This document shows, piece after piece, positions 18,541 through 27,972 of a DNA stretch of 64,000 nucleotides; position 1 is the stretch's first letter; each line of letters opens with the position of its first letter. The translations under genes were made by a program, and so were the position numbers. The DNA comes from a bacterium (GTDB lineage: Bacteria > J088 > JAWLBW01): NCBI GenBank assembly GCA_041690355.1, contig JAWLHK010000004.1:1-64000 (forward strand). The letters run 5' to 3'. The notes beneath the pieces were generated by a model. The model searched no databases. It worked only from the letters and a program-made list of their open reading frames with translations, and was not told the origin of the DNA.

Positions 18541-19230
18541 ATGTCAAGGCTACCTTTCCCTGCAGTTGCGTTGCAGCTCCTGCTCGCCATGGGTTTTCTC
18601 GCCATGGCGGGTTTCATGAGCCCGGCCGAGGCGAGCTCACTCATTGGCGTTTCCAAATACAGGACTGCCAGCTGCCCGAGCTCTCACCCCATCGTGTGCA
18701 GCGACGGCTGCTGCCCCAGCGCCTATCCGTACTGCGGGCCCACGGGCGACCCGAACTGCTATGACTCGCCGCAGGGGGGCGGCGACACGGGCGGCACCTG
18801 CCCCGGAACCCACCCGGTTGATTGCGGCTCCTTCTGCTGCTCCTCGTCCTATCCGTACTGCGGCTCTGACGGCGACTGCTATTCCTCGCCCAGTTCGCCG
18901 GACGACAGCACCAGCTGTGACTACGGGTACAAGGATTGCGGCGACGGCACCTGCGCGCCGACCACGGCAACGTGTTGCGCTTCGGCCGGATATCCCGGCT
19001 ACCACTGCAAGAACGGCGCCACCTGCAACTCGGACGGCACCTGCGGTTCCGGCGGCGGCACTCCCTCGACCTCGACCACTCCCGGCAACACTGACCCGGA
19101 CCCGGAGCCCGAACCGGAGCCTGAAGAAGAAGACCCGCTCGACTGCTCGCATGGGCAGCCGCCGGTCGAGGCGCTTCTTCTGATTGCAGCGGGTATCGCG
19201 CTGCGCCGGCAGTTGGGACGGCTCGGATGA
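18541..19230 (+). CDS. Cys-rich secreted protein with MYXO-CTERM-like tail, paralog 1
   Basis: Signal peptide AEA-S, 20 Cys in three modules, acidic linker, DCSHGQPPVEALLLIAAGIALRR. Confidence 0.85.
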   Translation: MSRLPFPAVALQLLLAMGFLAMAGFMSPAEASSLIGVSKYRTASCPSSHPIVCSDGCCPSAYPYCGPTGDPNCYDSPQGGGDTGGTCPGTHPVDCGSFCCSSSYPYCGSDGDCYSSPSSPDDSTSCDYGYKDCGDGTCAPTTATCCASAGYPGYHCKNGATCNSDGTCGSGGGTPSTSTTPGNTDPDPEPEPEPEEEDPLDCSHGQPPVEALLLIAAGIALRRQLGRLG

Positions 19231-19251
19231 TCTGACCTCCCTCGTTCGCAT

Positions 19252-19284
19252 ATGCGCCCGGACCTCCCGGAAGTCCGGGCGCAT
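19252..19284 (+). terminator. Hairpin after paralog 1
   Basis: ATGCGCCCGGAC/GTCCGGGCGCAT stem. Confidence 0.6.
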
Positions 19285-19396
19285 TTCCCGGCCTCCGAAG
19301 AGGAAACGTGGCCGCGGAAATGACCGCCGTAACGAAGCCTGTCCGAACCTGCCATCCGATCTTTTTTTTGCTGAGCGAGATCAAGCACTTAGCTCG

Positions 19397-19443
19397 CATA
19401 CCCAAAATTGTATATGCGGAGCGTGCCGTCCCGGTGTTACCGT
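19397..19443 (+). promoter_or_regulatory. Palindromic box copy 2 plus extended -10
   Basis: CATACCCAAAATTGTATATG (19397-19416) flanked by CG/CG, 21 nt, TACCGT. Confidence 0.75.
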
Positions 19444-19518
19444 CAGGGAACCAGAGCTTTCTGTCTTCCTGCAAACTCTTCCGGCGATATCCCTGATTTC
19501 GCCCAAGGATACCTGACG

Positions 19519-20235
19519 ATGTCACGACTATCTCTTCCGGCAGTTGCCATGCGGCTCCTGCTTGTAATTGGTTTTCTCGCCATGGCCGGCTTCGTGAGCA
19601 CCGCCGAGGCGGACTCGCTCATCGGCGTCTCGAAATACAGGACCGCCAGCTGCCCGAGCTCGCATCCGATCGTGTGCAGCGACGGCTGCTGCCCCAGCGC
19701 CTACCCCTACTGCGGGCCCACGGGCGACCCGAATTGCTACGATTCGCCGCAGGGCGGCGGCGACACGGGCGGCACCTGCCCCGGAACCCACCCGGTTGAT
19801 TGCGGCTCCTTCTGCTGCTCCTCGTCCTATCCGTACTGCGGCACTGACGGCAACTGTTACTCGAGCAGCGGCGGCGGCGGTGGTGGTGGCGGCGGCAGCA
19901 CCAGCTGTGACTACGGCTACAAGGACTGCGGCGACGGCAGCTGCGCGCCGACGACGGCAACGTGTTGTGCCTCGGCCGGGTACCCGGGCTACCACTGCAA
20001 GAACGGCGCGACCTGCAACTCCGACGGCACGTGCGGTTCGGGCGGCAGCAGCAGCTCGAGCTCCAGCTCCAGCTCGAGCGATTCCAGCTCGTCGGACGAG
20101 GATTACGAAGACGATTACGAAGACGAAGACGAATTCGATCCGCTGGATTGCTCGCAGGGACAGCCGCCGGTTGAGGCGCTCCTTCTGATTGCCGCCGGTA
20201 TTGCGCTGCGCCGCCGGCTCACCGTCCGCGGATAA
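19519..20235 (+). CDS. Cys-rich secreted protein with MYXO-CTERM-like tail, paralog 2
   Basis: Cys modules nearly identical to paralog 1; poly-Gly, poly-Ser and acidic linkers differ. Confidence 0.85.
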   Translation: MSRLSLPAVAMRLLLVIGFLAMAGFVSTAEADSLIGVSKYRTASCPSSHPIVCSDGCCPSAYPYCGPTGDPNCYDSPQGGGDTGGTCPGTHPVDCGSFCCSSSYPYCGTDGNCYSSSGGGGGGGGGSTSCDYGYKDCGDGSCAPTTATCCASAGYPGYHCKNGATCNSDGTCGSGGSSSSSSSSSSSDSSSSDEDYEDDYEDEDEFDPLDCSQGQPPVEALLLIAAGIALRRRLTVRG

Positions 20236-20259
20236 TCACAGACCACCTTACCTCCCCTG

Positions 20260-20295
20260 CGCCCGGATTCCACTCAGGAGTCCGGGCGTTTTTTT
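20260..20295 (+). terminator. Intrinsic terminator
   Basis: CGCCCGGATTC/GAGTCCGGGCG stem followed by T7. Confidence 0.8.
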
Positions 20296-20313
20296 ATGCG
20301 GAAAATTACTGCG

Positions 20314-20360
20314 CATATGCATTTCTGGGTATGCGACGGCTTTGGCACCCATGCTACATT
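20314..20360 (+). promoter_or_regulatory. Palindromic box copy 3 (opposite orientation) plus extended -10
   Basis: CATATGCATTTCTGGGTATG (20314-20333), 21 nt, TACATT preceded by TGn. Confidence 0.75.
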
Positions 20361-20397
20361 GCCTCTCGCACGCACTCATCCGCAAGGTGTTTTACCC

Positions 20398-20976
20398 ATG
20401 AAACGACGCAACTCTCTTCTCGTGACCCTCTTCTTCGGACTTCTCTTCGCCGCCGCCTGCGGCGAAACCACCACGGACACCTCCGACTGGGAAGACGATA
20501 CGTCCTCGTCCACCTCGGGCGGCTCGCCGTGGACGCGCCAGTTCTACCTGGGACACCCCAGCATCAACAGCGGTCTCGTGCTGACGAGCCAGGACGGTGT
20601 TTCGGACAGTATCGTGAACAACTACGTCTACGAGGCCGATCTGCCGCAGGTCGACATGACGGGCTACTCCGTTCAGGCCTGGCTCCCGGTTTCCTCGGGA
20701 TACGACACGCGCATCTCCAATGTGACCGTCGAGGTTCGCCGCGCTGACGGTTCGAGCACGGGCGACATCTACCACAGCCACCGCTATGAGCGGCGCGACG
20801 ATCTTGAAGGCGATCCGTACGACGTGCACCTGCTCTTCGGGATGGACGGCGGTTCGCCTCCGATTCGACCCGAAACCTTCACCAACGTGAACTTCAAGTT
20901 CACGGCCGAGTGGCTCGACGCCAACGGCTCGGTCGTGCACTCGAGCCGCAAGACGATCGAAATCTACAAGCGGTAG
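20398..20976 (+). CDS. Lipoprotein of unknown function
   Basis: MKRRN...FAAAC lipobox, Ser/Thr linker. Confidence 0.8.
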   Translation: MKRRNSLLVTLFFGLLFAAACGETTTDTSDWEDDTSSSTSGGSPWTRQFYLGHPSINSGLVLTSQDGVSDSIVNNYVYEADLPQVDMTGYSVQAWLPVSSGYDTRISNVTVEVRRADGSSTGDIYHSHRYERRDDLEGDPYDVHLLFGMDGGSPPIRPETFTNVNFKFTAEWLDANGSVVHSSRKTIEIYKR

Positions 20977-21026
20977 GGAAGACGGCCCTTCTCCCCTCTT
21001 CTCCCTCTCGACGAGGAATCCCTGTC

Positions 21027-21611
21027 ATGATACGCACCTCTGCTCTCCTGCTCCTCCTTCTGTTGCTCTCTGTCAGCCCTGCCCTTGCGGAAAAAGGCGG
21101 GACCTACCGGACCGCCACCGGCTATGCACTGGAGCTGACCTTCGACGGCGACACGGCGAAAACGGTCGAGCCGAACAAGACGACCGTCTTCCAGAAGAAG
21201 TCGGCCAACGAGTATGTCTGGGACCCGGGTGACGGCCGCCCTCCGTTCGGCATCCGCGTGATCGATGACGACACGATGGAATTCTTCCGGCCGGGCACCG
21301 GCAATCCGCCCACGGTGTTGACCCGCGCCAAGCCGCATATCGAAGAGAAGTCGCCTGCGGAATCGGCGAACTTCGAGAAGTACAACGCGCTCGCCCAGGG
21401 CTATCTCCAGAAATCGCAGAGCGACCCGGCCAACGCTCACGTCTGGGCCTCCTGCGGCACGGTCGCCTACAAGCGTGCCGTCGAGTCGCAGGCCGCGGGT
21501 GACGCCTACGCCCGCGAAGCAGTCACCATGCTGAAGCCCATCATGGCCGACGCCGGCACGACGCCCTGTCCCGAAGTCATCTCGCAGGCGATCTGGGGGG
21601 CGGTGCGATGA
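21027..21611 (+). CDS. Secreted protein of unknown function
   Basis: GAGGA RBS, signal peptide ALA-E. Confidence 0.78.
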   Translation: MIRTSALLLLLLLLSVSPALAEKGGTYRTATGYALELTFDGDTAKTVEPNKTTVFQKKSANEYVWDPGDGRPPFGIRVIDDDTMEFFRPGTGNPPTVLTRAKPHIEEKSPAESANFEKYNALAQGYLQKSQSDPANAHVWASCGTVAYKRAVESQAAGDAYAREAVTMLKPIMADAGTTPCPEVISQAIWGAVR

Positions 21612-22993
21612 CAAGCGTACGAACGCAGGCCATGCAGCAGATGCGCTTTTCTTTTCTACCGGTGTTGCTCGCCGTGGTGTTCGGCGGCTGCACCGGAACG
21701 GAGCCACCGCGCAGTGGCCCCGAAGACGACCAGCTCATTGAGATCCCAGACGAGCCGGAAACTGAGGACGAACCCCAGCCCATTGCCGAGGGCTTTGACG
21801 CCACCTTCGGCGACGGTGGTGTCACCGAACTTGGCGAGACGGAGATATTTGGCTATATGCCTTCTTATATCGACTCAGAGGGGCGGGTTGTAGTCGCGTA
21901 CGAAAACTCTAACGGCAAGATAGTTGTTGTACGATTGCTTCGAGATGGAACGTTCGACCCCGAATTTGGCGACAGCGGTAAGGCTACCCTTGACCTTGCC
22001 GAAAGAGCGTTCAACCATCGTGAGTCAATTGCTCCCCTGCCTGACGGTGGTGTAATCGTCGGAACGTCCAACGCTGATTCACATTCAGACGCGGTCATCA
22101 TCCGGTTAACGCCCAGTGGCAAGGTCGACGCAGATTATGGCGATCACGGCACGATTACAATCGGAGAGCACTTCCAGTCGCTAACCACGCTTCCAGACGG
22201 CAAAGTTGTAGTTGTAACTGAGTACACACTGCATAAGTATCTTTCCACGGGTAAGCCCGACCTCAGTTTCGGTACCAGCGGGAAGAAACAGATTGTCAAT
22301 TGCTACCGCGCATATGATGAGGGACTTTCTGAAATGACGATCGAACAGGTGGCCATCCACGCTGATGGAAGGCTCCTTGTGCTAACTAGCTGCCAGGACT
22401 ATTGGGATAACAACGACATAGTAGATAGGGACTACTTCGCCGACCTGCTTATGCCTGACGGCTCGGATGATACCTCCTTTGGTTTTCAAGCTGCGTCGCC
22501 GCAAAGGGAAGGAATGCAGTTCCTCTTCAGCAACTGGGATCAACGTCAAATCGTCGAAGGCACCCTGTCCATCCATACAGACAGCGTATATTCTGTTGTG
22601 GTCCAGCGATATAGCGTGGACTACGGAGATTCCACCGAACTCCATTGGTACGATCCGGAGGGAGACCGTTCCTCCTATCATTCGTCAAATTACTTCCATT
22701 ACCTAGAGAAAAATCCCTCTCAGGGTGTAAGACGTCTCTGGGATTTGGAATGGACGAATGACAACAAAGTTTATGCCTTGCGGACGGAAGGCATACGCGA
22801 CTTCCTCGTCCGTTATGAAGCTGACCTTGGCCAGGCAGTGCAGGGTGAGAATTTCATGCCAGATATGAGTTTCCATGACGAAGGAAAGCTCCTGCTTTCG
22901 CCCATAGAGATTCATCGTGCGTCTATTCACCTTCAGGATGACGGTAAAGTTGTCATTGTGGCCACTGATCGAGTCGCCCGAATCAATCCTTAA
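21608..22993 (+). CDS. Delta-60 repeat (DUF5122-like) beta-propeller lipoprotein, visibly lower GC
   Basis: FGGC lipobox; DATFGDGG, DPEFGDSG, DADYGDHG, DLSFGTSG, DTSFG repeats. Confidence 0.8.
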   Translation: MTSVRTQAMQQMRFSFLPVLLAVVFGGCTGTEPPRSGPEDDQLIEIPDEPETEDEPQPIAEGFDATFGDGGVTELGETEIFGYMPSYIDSEGRVVVAYENSNGKIVVVRLLRDGTFDPEFGDSGKATLDLAERAFNHRESIAPLPDGGVIVGTSNADSHSDAVIIRLTPSGKVDADYGDHGTITIGEHFQSLTTLPDGKVVVVTEYTLHKYLSTGKPDLSFGTSGKKQIVNCYRAYDEGLSEMTIEQVAIHADGRLLVLTSCQDYWDNNDIVDRDYFADLLMPDGSDDTSFGFQAASPQREGMQFLFSNWDQRQIVEGTLSIHTDSVYSVVVQRYSVDYGDSTELHWYDPEGDRSSYHSSNYFHYLEKNPSQGVRRLWDLEWTNDNKVYALRTEGIRDFLVRYEADLGQAVQGENFMPDMSFHDEGKLLLSPIEIHRASIHLQDDGKVVIVATDRVARINP

Positions 22994-23124
22994 TGTAGCG
23001 CTCGCCGTTCTCAGGACCTGAATAGCGCTCGTCAGTTTATTGCATAACGCCCTAGAGTTGGACAGTCGTGGCGTTCAGGGCGGCGCGCCGACCGCTCGAG
23101 CTTCCCTATCCCCTGGCCAGGAAA

Positions 23125-23913
23125 ATGACTAAGAACAGAAACATACTCATTCTTTTTGCGCTCATGCTGGCAGTGAGCCATGCCGCCTGCAGCGAATCCG
23201 ACTCGACTTACGACTACGAATCCGACGACGAGGATATCCCCGAACCCGTACCCGATCCGGAGGATCTGGGGCCCGATTCTCTCGTCGGGTATACCCTGCG
23301 ACAGAAGATCACGAGCAACGACGATGCACCCGGCGCGCCGCCCGTCGACACGTGGGTGGAATTCCACTTCGTCGACGAGAATACCGTCCTCGCCGAGGGC
23401 ATCACCATCCCCGCAGAAACCACCTGGCATGCCGAGCGCGAGGACTGGGAGTGGGTCACGCTGCGCCTGGACCTTGGGTATGCCGAAATCGAAACCCTGC
23501 TCGACTTCGCCACGCATAACGCCGGCATGTTCGATACCTGGGTGACCTACCCCGACTCGGTCAGCGACTACGCGTACGGCGGCGCCTTCTCTCTCGAGCC
23601 GATGGAGGAGTTGCCCGACGAAGAACTTCCGGCCTGCGTCGTGAACGACACCGGCCTGCTCACCATCTTCACCACCGTCGGCGACGACGGCGATATCAGT
23701 GTGAGCGTCGATGGAAATTACGTGGGCACCCTGACGCATCACTTCGGATCGCAACACCCCGACTGCGGTTCTCCGAACAGTGGCGGAATCATTACCTTGA
23801 CGGTGTCTTCGGGCGAGCACACCCTGCGTGCATCCGGCCAGTCGGCAACGTGGAGTCCGTTCGTCGTCGAAGTGGAGCAATGCGGATGCAGCCGCATGGG
23901 CTATACGCATTGA
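23125..23913 (+). CDS. Lipoprotein (domain A plus Cys-bridged domain C)
   Basis: HAAC lipobox-like motif; C-terminal PAC..N.TG.LTIF...PDCG...VEVE.CGCSR. Confidence 0.8.
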   Translation: MTKNRNILILFALMLAVSHAACSESDSTYDYESDDEDIPEPVPDPEDLGPDSLVGYTLRQKITSNDDAPGAPPVDTWVEFHFVDENTVLAEGITIPAETTWHAEREDWEWVTLRLDLGYAEIETLLDFATHNAGMFDTWVTYPDSVSDYAYGGAFSLEPMEELPDEELPACVVNDTGLLTIFTTVGDDGDISVSVDGNYVGTLTHHFGSQHPDCGSPNSGGIITLTVSSGEHTLRASGQSATWSPFVVEVEQCGCSRMGYTH

Positions 23914-23929
23914 AAGGGATGGTCTGCTC

Positions 23930-24568
23930 GTGATTCCAAACCCAAACCGGAGCGTACTCAGCTCGATTCTCCTTGTCTTTCTCCTGGCCGCCTGCGCCGA
24001 AGAGCCGCAACCTGCGCCTCCGCCTGCCAGACCGGGCGCATGCGAATTCTATGACGTGGGTCCTACCTTCGGCTGCCTCAATGTGACGTCCGGAGAGTGC
24101 GACCACTACGGCGACTACAAACGGGAGGTCCACTTTCACCACGACCTCTCCTGTGCAGACATCGGCTACACGATACCGTCGGTTGCCGACATCTACCTGG
24201 CAGAAGAGGGAGGGCAGGTCGCCTCACCGAACGGGTATTTCCGGAATCATCCCGATCAGGACCTCGCCGAAGAAGAGCCCGACGAGGCCCCCGCCTGCGA
24301 GTCGGAGAACACGGGCACCCTCACGATATTCTCGAAGGCGAACGTAGCGTCAATCTACGTTTACCTTGACGACCAGTACCTGGGGATGTTGACGCAGTAC
24401 TATTCCGATGACGGCCCGGACTGCGGCGAGGAGATTGACGGAGGCACGGTGACCGTCACCGTCGAAGCGGGCCCCCATGCCCTGCATGCGACCGCCAACC
24501 TCGGAGAGTGGAGGTCCACCGTTGAGGTTGAAACCTGCGGCTGCAGCCGTTACTGGCTGAACCCCTGA
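23930..24568 (+). CDS. Lipoprotein (domain B plus domain C)
   Basis: GTG start, LAAC lipobox; shares domain C with 23125 and domain B with 25490. Confidence 0.8.
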   Translation: MIPNPNRSVLSSILLVFLLAACAEEPQPAPPPARPGACEFYDVGPTFGCLNVTSGECDHYGDYKREVHFHHDLSCADIGYTIPSVADIYLAEEGGQVASPNGYFRNHPDQDLAEEEPDEAPACESENTGTLTIFSKANVASIYVYLDDQYLGMLTQYYSDDGPDCGEEIDGGTVTVTVEAGPHALHATANLGEWRSTVEVETCGCSRYWLNP

Positions 24569-24581
24569 AGGAGAAGTTTGG

Positions 24582-25412
24582 ATGAAGCAAATCACGCTCG
24601 CCGCCATGGTGGCCATGATGCTGGGCTGTGCGGTTCTTACTGAAGATGACGGCCCCAAACCCCTCACCGGGTATTGGAGGGATCCGAACGGTCTCGTCAT
24701 TCAGTTCGGGGGCGAGGATGCGATTGTAAGAGCATTCGGTTCCTCCCCATTCGGTCTCGACGACGACTTCGCGGTGGGAGACGAGTTCATGCGGTTCGTC
24801 GTGCGGGATTCTGGCGATCACTACAGTGCCTACATTGTTTACCTGATGATTTCCTCCGACGGCTCTCCACACGTTGCATCGACGCCCATCCAGACGAAGT
24901 TCACACGGACAGGCGATACGATCCGGTATACCGATCAGGAAGGAGCCGAGATGCAATTTGATTTCCTGGGGCTGTCCTGGACCGACAACGGCTCTTCTGG
25001 CGACGGTTCGGGAGGCGGCACGATTGGCGATGGCAGTGGCGACGGCGGCCCCTATGGCGAGCGCCCGCCGGTCGGAACCTTCGTGATTACCATCTACAAG
25101 CCTGAAGGGGCGTGTGAATCGATGAACTCTTCGGGCGTTGCGCCAAAGGTGTTCAACGGCGCCTTCACGGGTTCGAAATGGAACCGATTTGGAGAACCCG
25201 CGCCTCCGGCGAATTATCCGTGGCCCGGGCAGGAGCCGGTTTTATGGACATGGGTAAACCCAACGGTCAAGACCATTGAGAACGTTTCCGATCTCACCTG
25301 GCGTATATGGCCTGATCGAAGCACCTTCCCGAACTACTGCACCCAGCAAGGCAAGCTCGACATCTCCTACGAGGGCGAAACGGTCTACCTGACCATCGAC
25401 GGGTGGCGGTGA
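24582..25412 (+). CDS. Two-domain lipoprotein with a Gly-rich linker
   Basis: AAGGAG RBS, MLGC lipobox. Confidence 0.8.
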   Translation: MKQITLAAMVAMMLGCAVLTEDDGPKPLTGYWRDPNGLVIQFGGEDAIVRAFGSSPFGLDDDFAVGDEFMRFVVRDSGDHYSAYIVYLMISSDGSPHVASTPIQTKFTRTGDTIRYTDQEGAEMQFDFLGLSWTDNGSSGDGSGGGTIGDGSGDGGPYGERPPVGTFVITIYKPEGACESMNSSGVAPKVFNGAFTGSKWNRFGEPAPPANYPWPGQEPVLWTWVNPTVKTIENVSDLTWRIWPDRSTFPNYCTQQGKLDISYEGETVYLTIDGWR

Positions 25413-25489
25413 GCGGCTCACCGGGGTCCGCTCTTCACGCGCTCCTGAAGGCAGTCGTCATCCACCGGAGCCCTGAACGCGAAAGTGAC

Positions 25490-25981
25490 ATGGCGGAACG
25501 CTCACAAATTGCCACTCCCGTGTGGGATGCTCATCGCTCACGGAGAGTCCGCGCACCTCGAACGTTGAGGACGGCCCTGCTGCTCGGCATGTTTTCTATG
25601 GTTGTGTTCTCCTGCGGCTCGGAGGGGGCAGAGGATACGCCCAAGAAACTGCCACCGGCAGAAACTGAAACGCCTCCAGATTCCTACCGCTCGGACCCGC
25701 CGGACGGTTTCTACGATCCAAACGAGATTGGTGCCTGCGAGTTCCATCATTGGCTCCCGGGCGAAGAGACCCAGTACGCGTGCGCGGACATCGGCGTGGA
25801 CGATTGCGGAGGGCTGGCCGGCAATGTGGTCAACTCCTATTTCAATCGCCGGACAACCTGCGACGACCTGGGCTACGAGATTCCGGGTGATCCGGAACAT
25901 TCCTATTTCCTTGCTGTAACGGATGGGTCGATGCCTTCGCCGCACGGGCAGATGTACACGGACTATCAGAATCGGCGCTGA
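25490..25981 (+). CDS. Lipoprotein (domain B only); start uncertain
   Basis: VFSC lipobox; GACEF...C...C...C.D.GY.IP...SP.G. Confidence 0.7.
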   Translation: MAERSQIATPVWDAHRSRRVRAPRTLRTALLLGMFSMVVFSCGSEGAEDTPKKLPPAETETPPDSYRSDPPDGFYDPNEIGACEFHHWLPGEETQYACADIGVDDCGGLAGNVVNSYFNRRTTCDDLGYEIPGDPEHSYFLAVTDGSMPSPHGQMYTDYQNRR

Positions 25982-26111
25982 AGGGAGCACGCCGGCCTGC
26001 ATCCCAGCGTTTCCCGGCGGTGCCTAAGCCGGCCCCGCCGGCCTCACCCCCGAGCGTTCGGCTGGATTTTCCACCCCCTTGCCGGGGTTCGTGCCGTGGT
26101 GACCCGGCAAC

Positions 26112-26504
26112 CTAACCCGCGCGCACGACCTCAACATCGTACGCCTCGAACATGGGGTCGGCCGTGACGATGGTGAGCCCCTCCACCTGCGCCTGGGCGA
26201 TCAGGAGCCGGTCGAAGGGGTCCTTGTGGTGCGGCGGCAGGTGAGCCACGCGCAAGGCGTGCGCATGCTGAACGGGGAGGGGCAGGAACCCGCCCTGCTC
26301 GAGGCCGCTCGCGACATACATTTCGGGGGCGCGAGGAAGGGGCAGCTTGCCGATGGCGTACTTGATGGCGATCTCCCACGAGCTTGCGGCGTACAAAAAC
26401 GACTCGTTTTCTTCAGACTCCAGTAGAGCGCCTGCCGCCTCGTTCAGTCTTCCGGGTGACGCCAGCCACCAGAGAAACGTCTGGGTATCAAGCAGGAGCT
26501 TCAC
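26112..26504 (-). CDS. vapC: PIN-domain toxin
   Basis: LLLDTQTFLWW, SSWEIAIK, HKDPFDRLLIAQA, TAD. Confidence 0.92.
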   Translation of the reverse strand: MKLLLDTQTFLWWLASPGRLNEAAGALLESEENESFLYAASSWEIAIKYAIGKLPLPRAPEMYVASGLEQGGFLPLPVQHAHALRVAHLPPHHKDPFDRLLIAQAQVEGLTIVTADPMFEAYDVEVVRAG

Positions 26505-26734
26505 TTGTGAAACTCGTCGAGTACATCGGCGGGCAGGGGTGCGTCGAAATCGTCGGGGACCGTAAACTCGCCTTCGAAGAGGCCGCGGGCCCGGCGCGGC
26601 GAAACCGTGCGGACGGGCACCAGGCGCGCCACCGGCCGTCCCGCTTTGGCAATCGTAATCTCTTCACCCTTTTCGACCCGGGCGAGCAGTTGCGACAGGT
26701 GCGTTTTTGCCTGATGGATATTGACTTGCGCCAT
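26501..26734 (-). CDS. Phd/YefM antitoxin
   Basis: VNIHQAKTHLSQLL...GEEITIAKAGRPVARL. Confidence 0.92.
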   Translation of the reverse strand: MAQVNIHQAKTHLSQLLARVEKGEEITIAKAGRPVARLVPVRTVSPRRARGLFEGEFTVPDDFDAPLPADVLDEFHK

Positions 26735-26746
26735 GGATCCACTATG

Positions 26747-26767
26747 GACTTAGTCAATGACTAAGTC
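26747..26767. promoter_or_regulatory. Probable TA autoregulatory operator
   Basis: Perfect palindrome GACTTAGTCA-A-TGACTAAGTC just upstream of the antitoxin. Confidence 0.75.
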
Positions 26768-26881
26768 AAGCGGCGGATCATGGATGAGTTTGCCTGCTCC
26801 GCGCGGCGGCTCTTGGACGGACAGGAGGCTTTACCACACGCGCGACGACTTCTGCTATTATAAATTCAGGAATTTTAAAAG

Positions 26882-27181
26882 ATGCCGAAACTTGCGGAAG
26901 ACAAACTGCAACGCGTCCAGCGCAATGGTCTCGTGAACATCGGCTCGCGCTACGGCGGGCAGCTGGTACGCGTGCGGCAGGTCAGTCCGGCCCGGTTTGA
27001 AATCGAGCTGGGAGACTTCGTCTCGCGCGACGTTTTCTACACTCCCGAGGCAGAGAAGACGCTCGCCGAGTTTCAGGACTGGGACGCCGCCCACCCCGAC
27101 GCATTTCTTTCCTTAGAAGAGGCCGAGCCACGCATCCGGCCTGAACCTCGTGGCCCGTCCAAGAAAACGCATCGGCGCTAG
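26882..27181 (+). CDS. Putative AbrB-like antitoxin
   Basis: RVQRNGLVNIGSRYGGQLVRV; paired with the downstream toxin-like gene; AAATTC-AG-GAATTT palindrome upstream. Confidence 0.6.
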   Translation: MPKLAEDKLQRVQRNGLVNIGSRYGGQLVRVRQVSPARFEIELGDFVSRDVFYTPEAEKTLAEFQDWDAAHPDAFLSLEEAEPRIRPEPRGPSKKTHRR

Positions 27182-27545
27182 CCCACCGGAGTCCACGCAG
27201 CACGAGACGGTTCGCTGCGATTTTTCTTTTCCGCGAGTGCTCGAAGACCTGCGCACCCTGACGAACCGGGAATGGGCGGCGCTGAAGGCTGTGCGGAATC
27301 GTCTCGAGCAGATGACCTGGCAGCAGATCTACGATCAGGCTTCCCGCACGCCGGGCGCGAAACGGGGGGTCAACTGGGAGCGCATCGAAGGGCAGTATGC
27401 GCGGGATGGTACGCCGGTCCACTTTATCCGCATCGATGGGGCGTTTCGCGCTCGCGTCATTCGCCGGGGGCGCAACATGCGCTTCCTCTCTCTGCACCCC
27501 GACCACGATTCTGCCTATCGTGAAGCGGGCGGCGAGGACCTGTAG
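27150..27545 (+). CDS. Putative RelE/ParE-like toxin
   Basis: MTWQQIY...GVNWERI...IRIDGAFRA...LHPDHDSAY; basic, about 130 aa. Confidence 0.6.
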   Translation: MARPRKRIGASPPESTQHETVRCDFSFPRVLEDLRTLTNREWAALKAVRNRLEQMTWQQIYDQASRTPGAKRGVNWERIEGQYARDGTPVHFIRIDGAFRARVIRRGRNMRFLSLHPDHDSAYREAGGEDL

Positions 27546-27588
27546 GGACGCCGGGATTTACGGCCGTCGGCCGTTTCGCGTCTTCTCG

Positions 27589-27972
27589 TCAGACACGCGC
27601 CAGGCGAGGGATGTGATCGAAGTCGGCGTCTCTGGCGAAGAGCACGAGGTCATGCTGCAGGGTGAGGGCGGCAATCCAGATGTCGTTCGTCGGAATCGGT
27701 GTTCCCTGGCGCCGCAGGCCCGCATAAACCTCGGCATACACGTGCGTCGTCTGCTCATCCGGCGACAACACGGAAACGCCGCTGGTGTTCAGGAACCGGG
27801 TCAGGTTGCGCTCATTCTCATCGCGCCGGGATCCGAAGGCAAAACCCGCGCGCTGTTCGGCGACCACGATGAGCGGCATGAAGACCTCGTCGGCCCCCGA
27901 CACGACGTCGACCGCGTGCTGATCGCCCCGGCACAGGTCCGTATACCGGTTGGAGTCGATGACGATCCTCAT
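27589..27972 (-). CDS. vapC: PIN-domain toxin
   Basis: IVIDSN, VVAE, GTPIPTNDIWIAA, RDADF. Confidence 0.9.
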   Translation of the reverse strand: MRIVIDSNRYTDLCRGDQHAVDVVSGADEVFMPLIVVAEQRAGFAFGSRRDENERNLTRFLNTSGVSVLSPDEQTTHVYAEVYAGLRRQGTPIPTNDIWIAALTLQHDLVLFARDADFDHIPRLARV

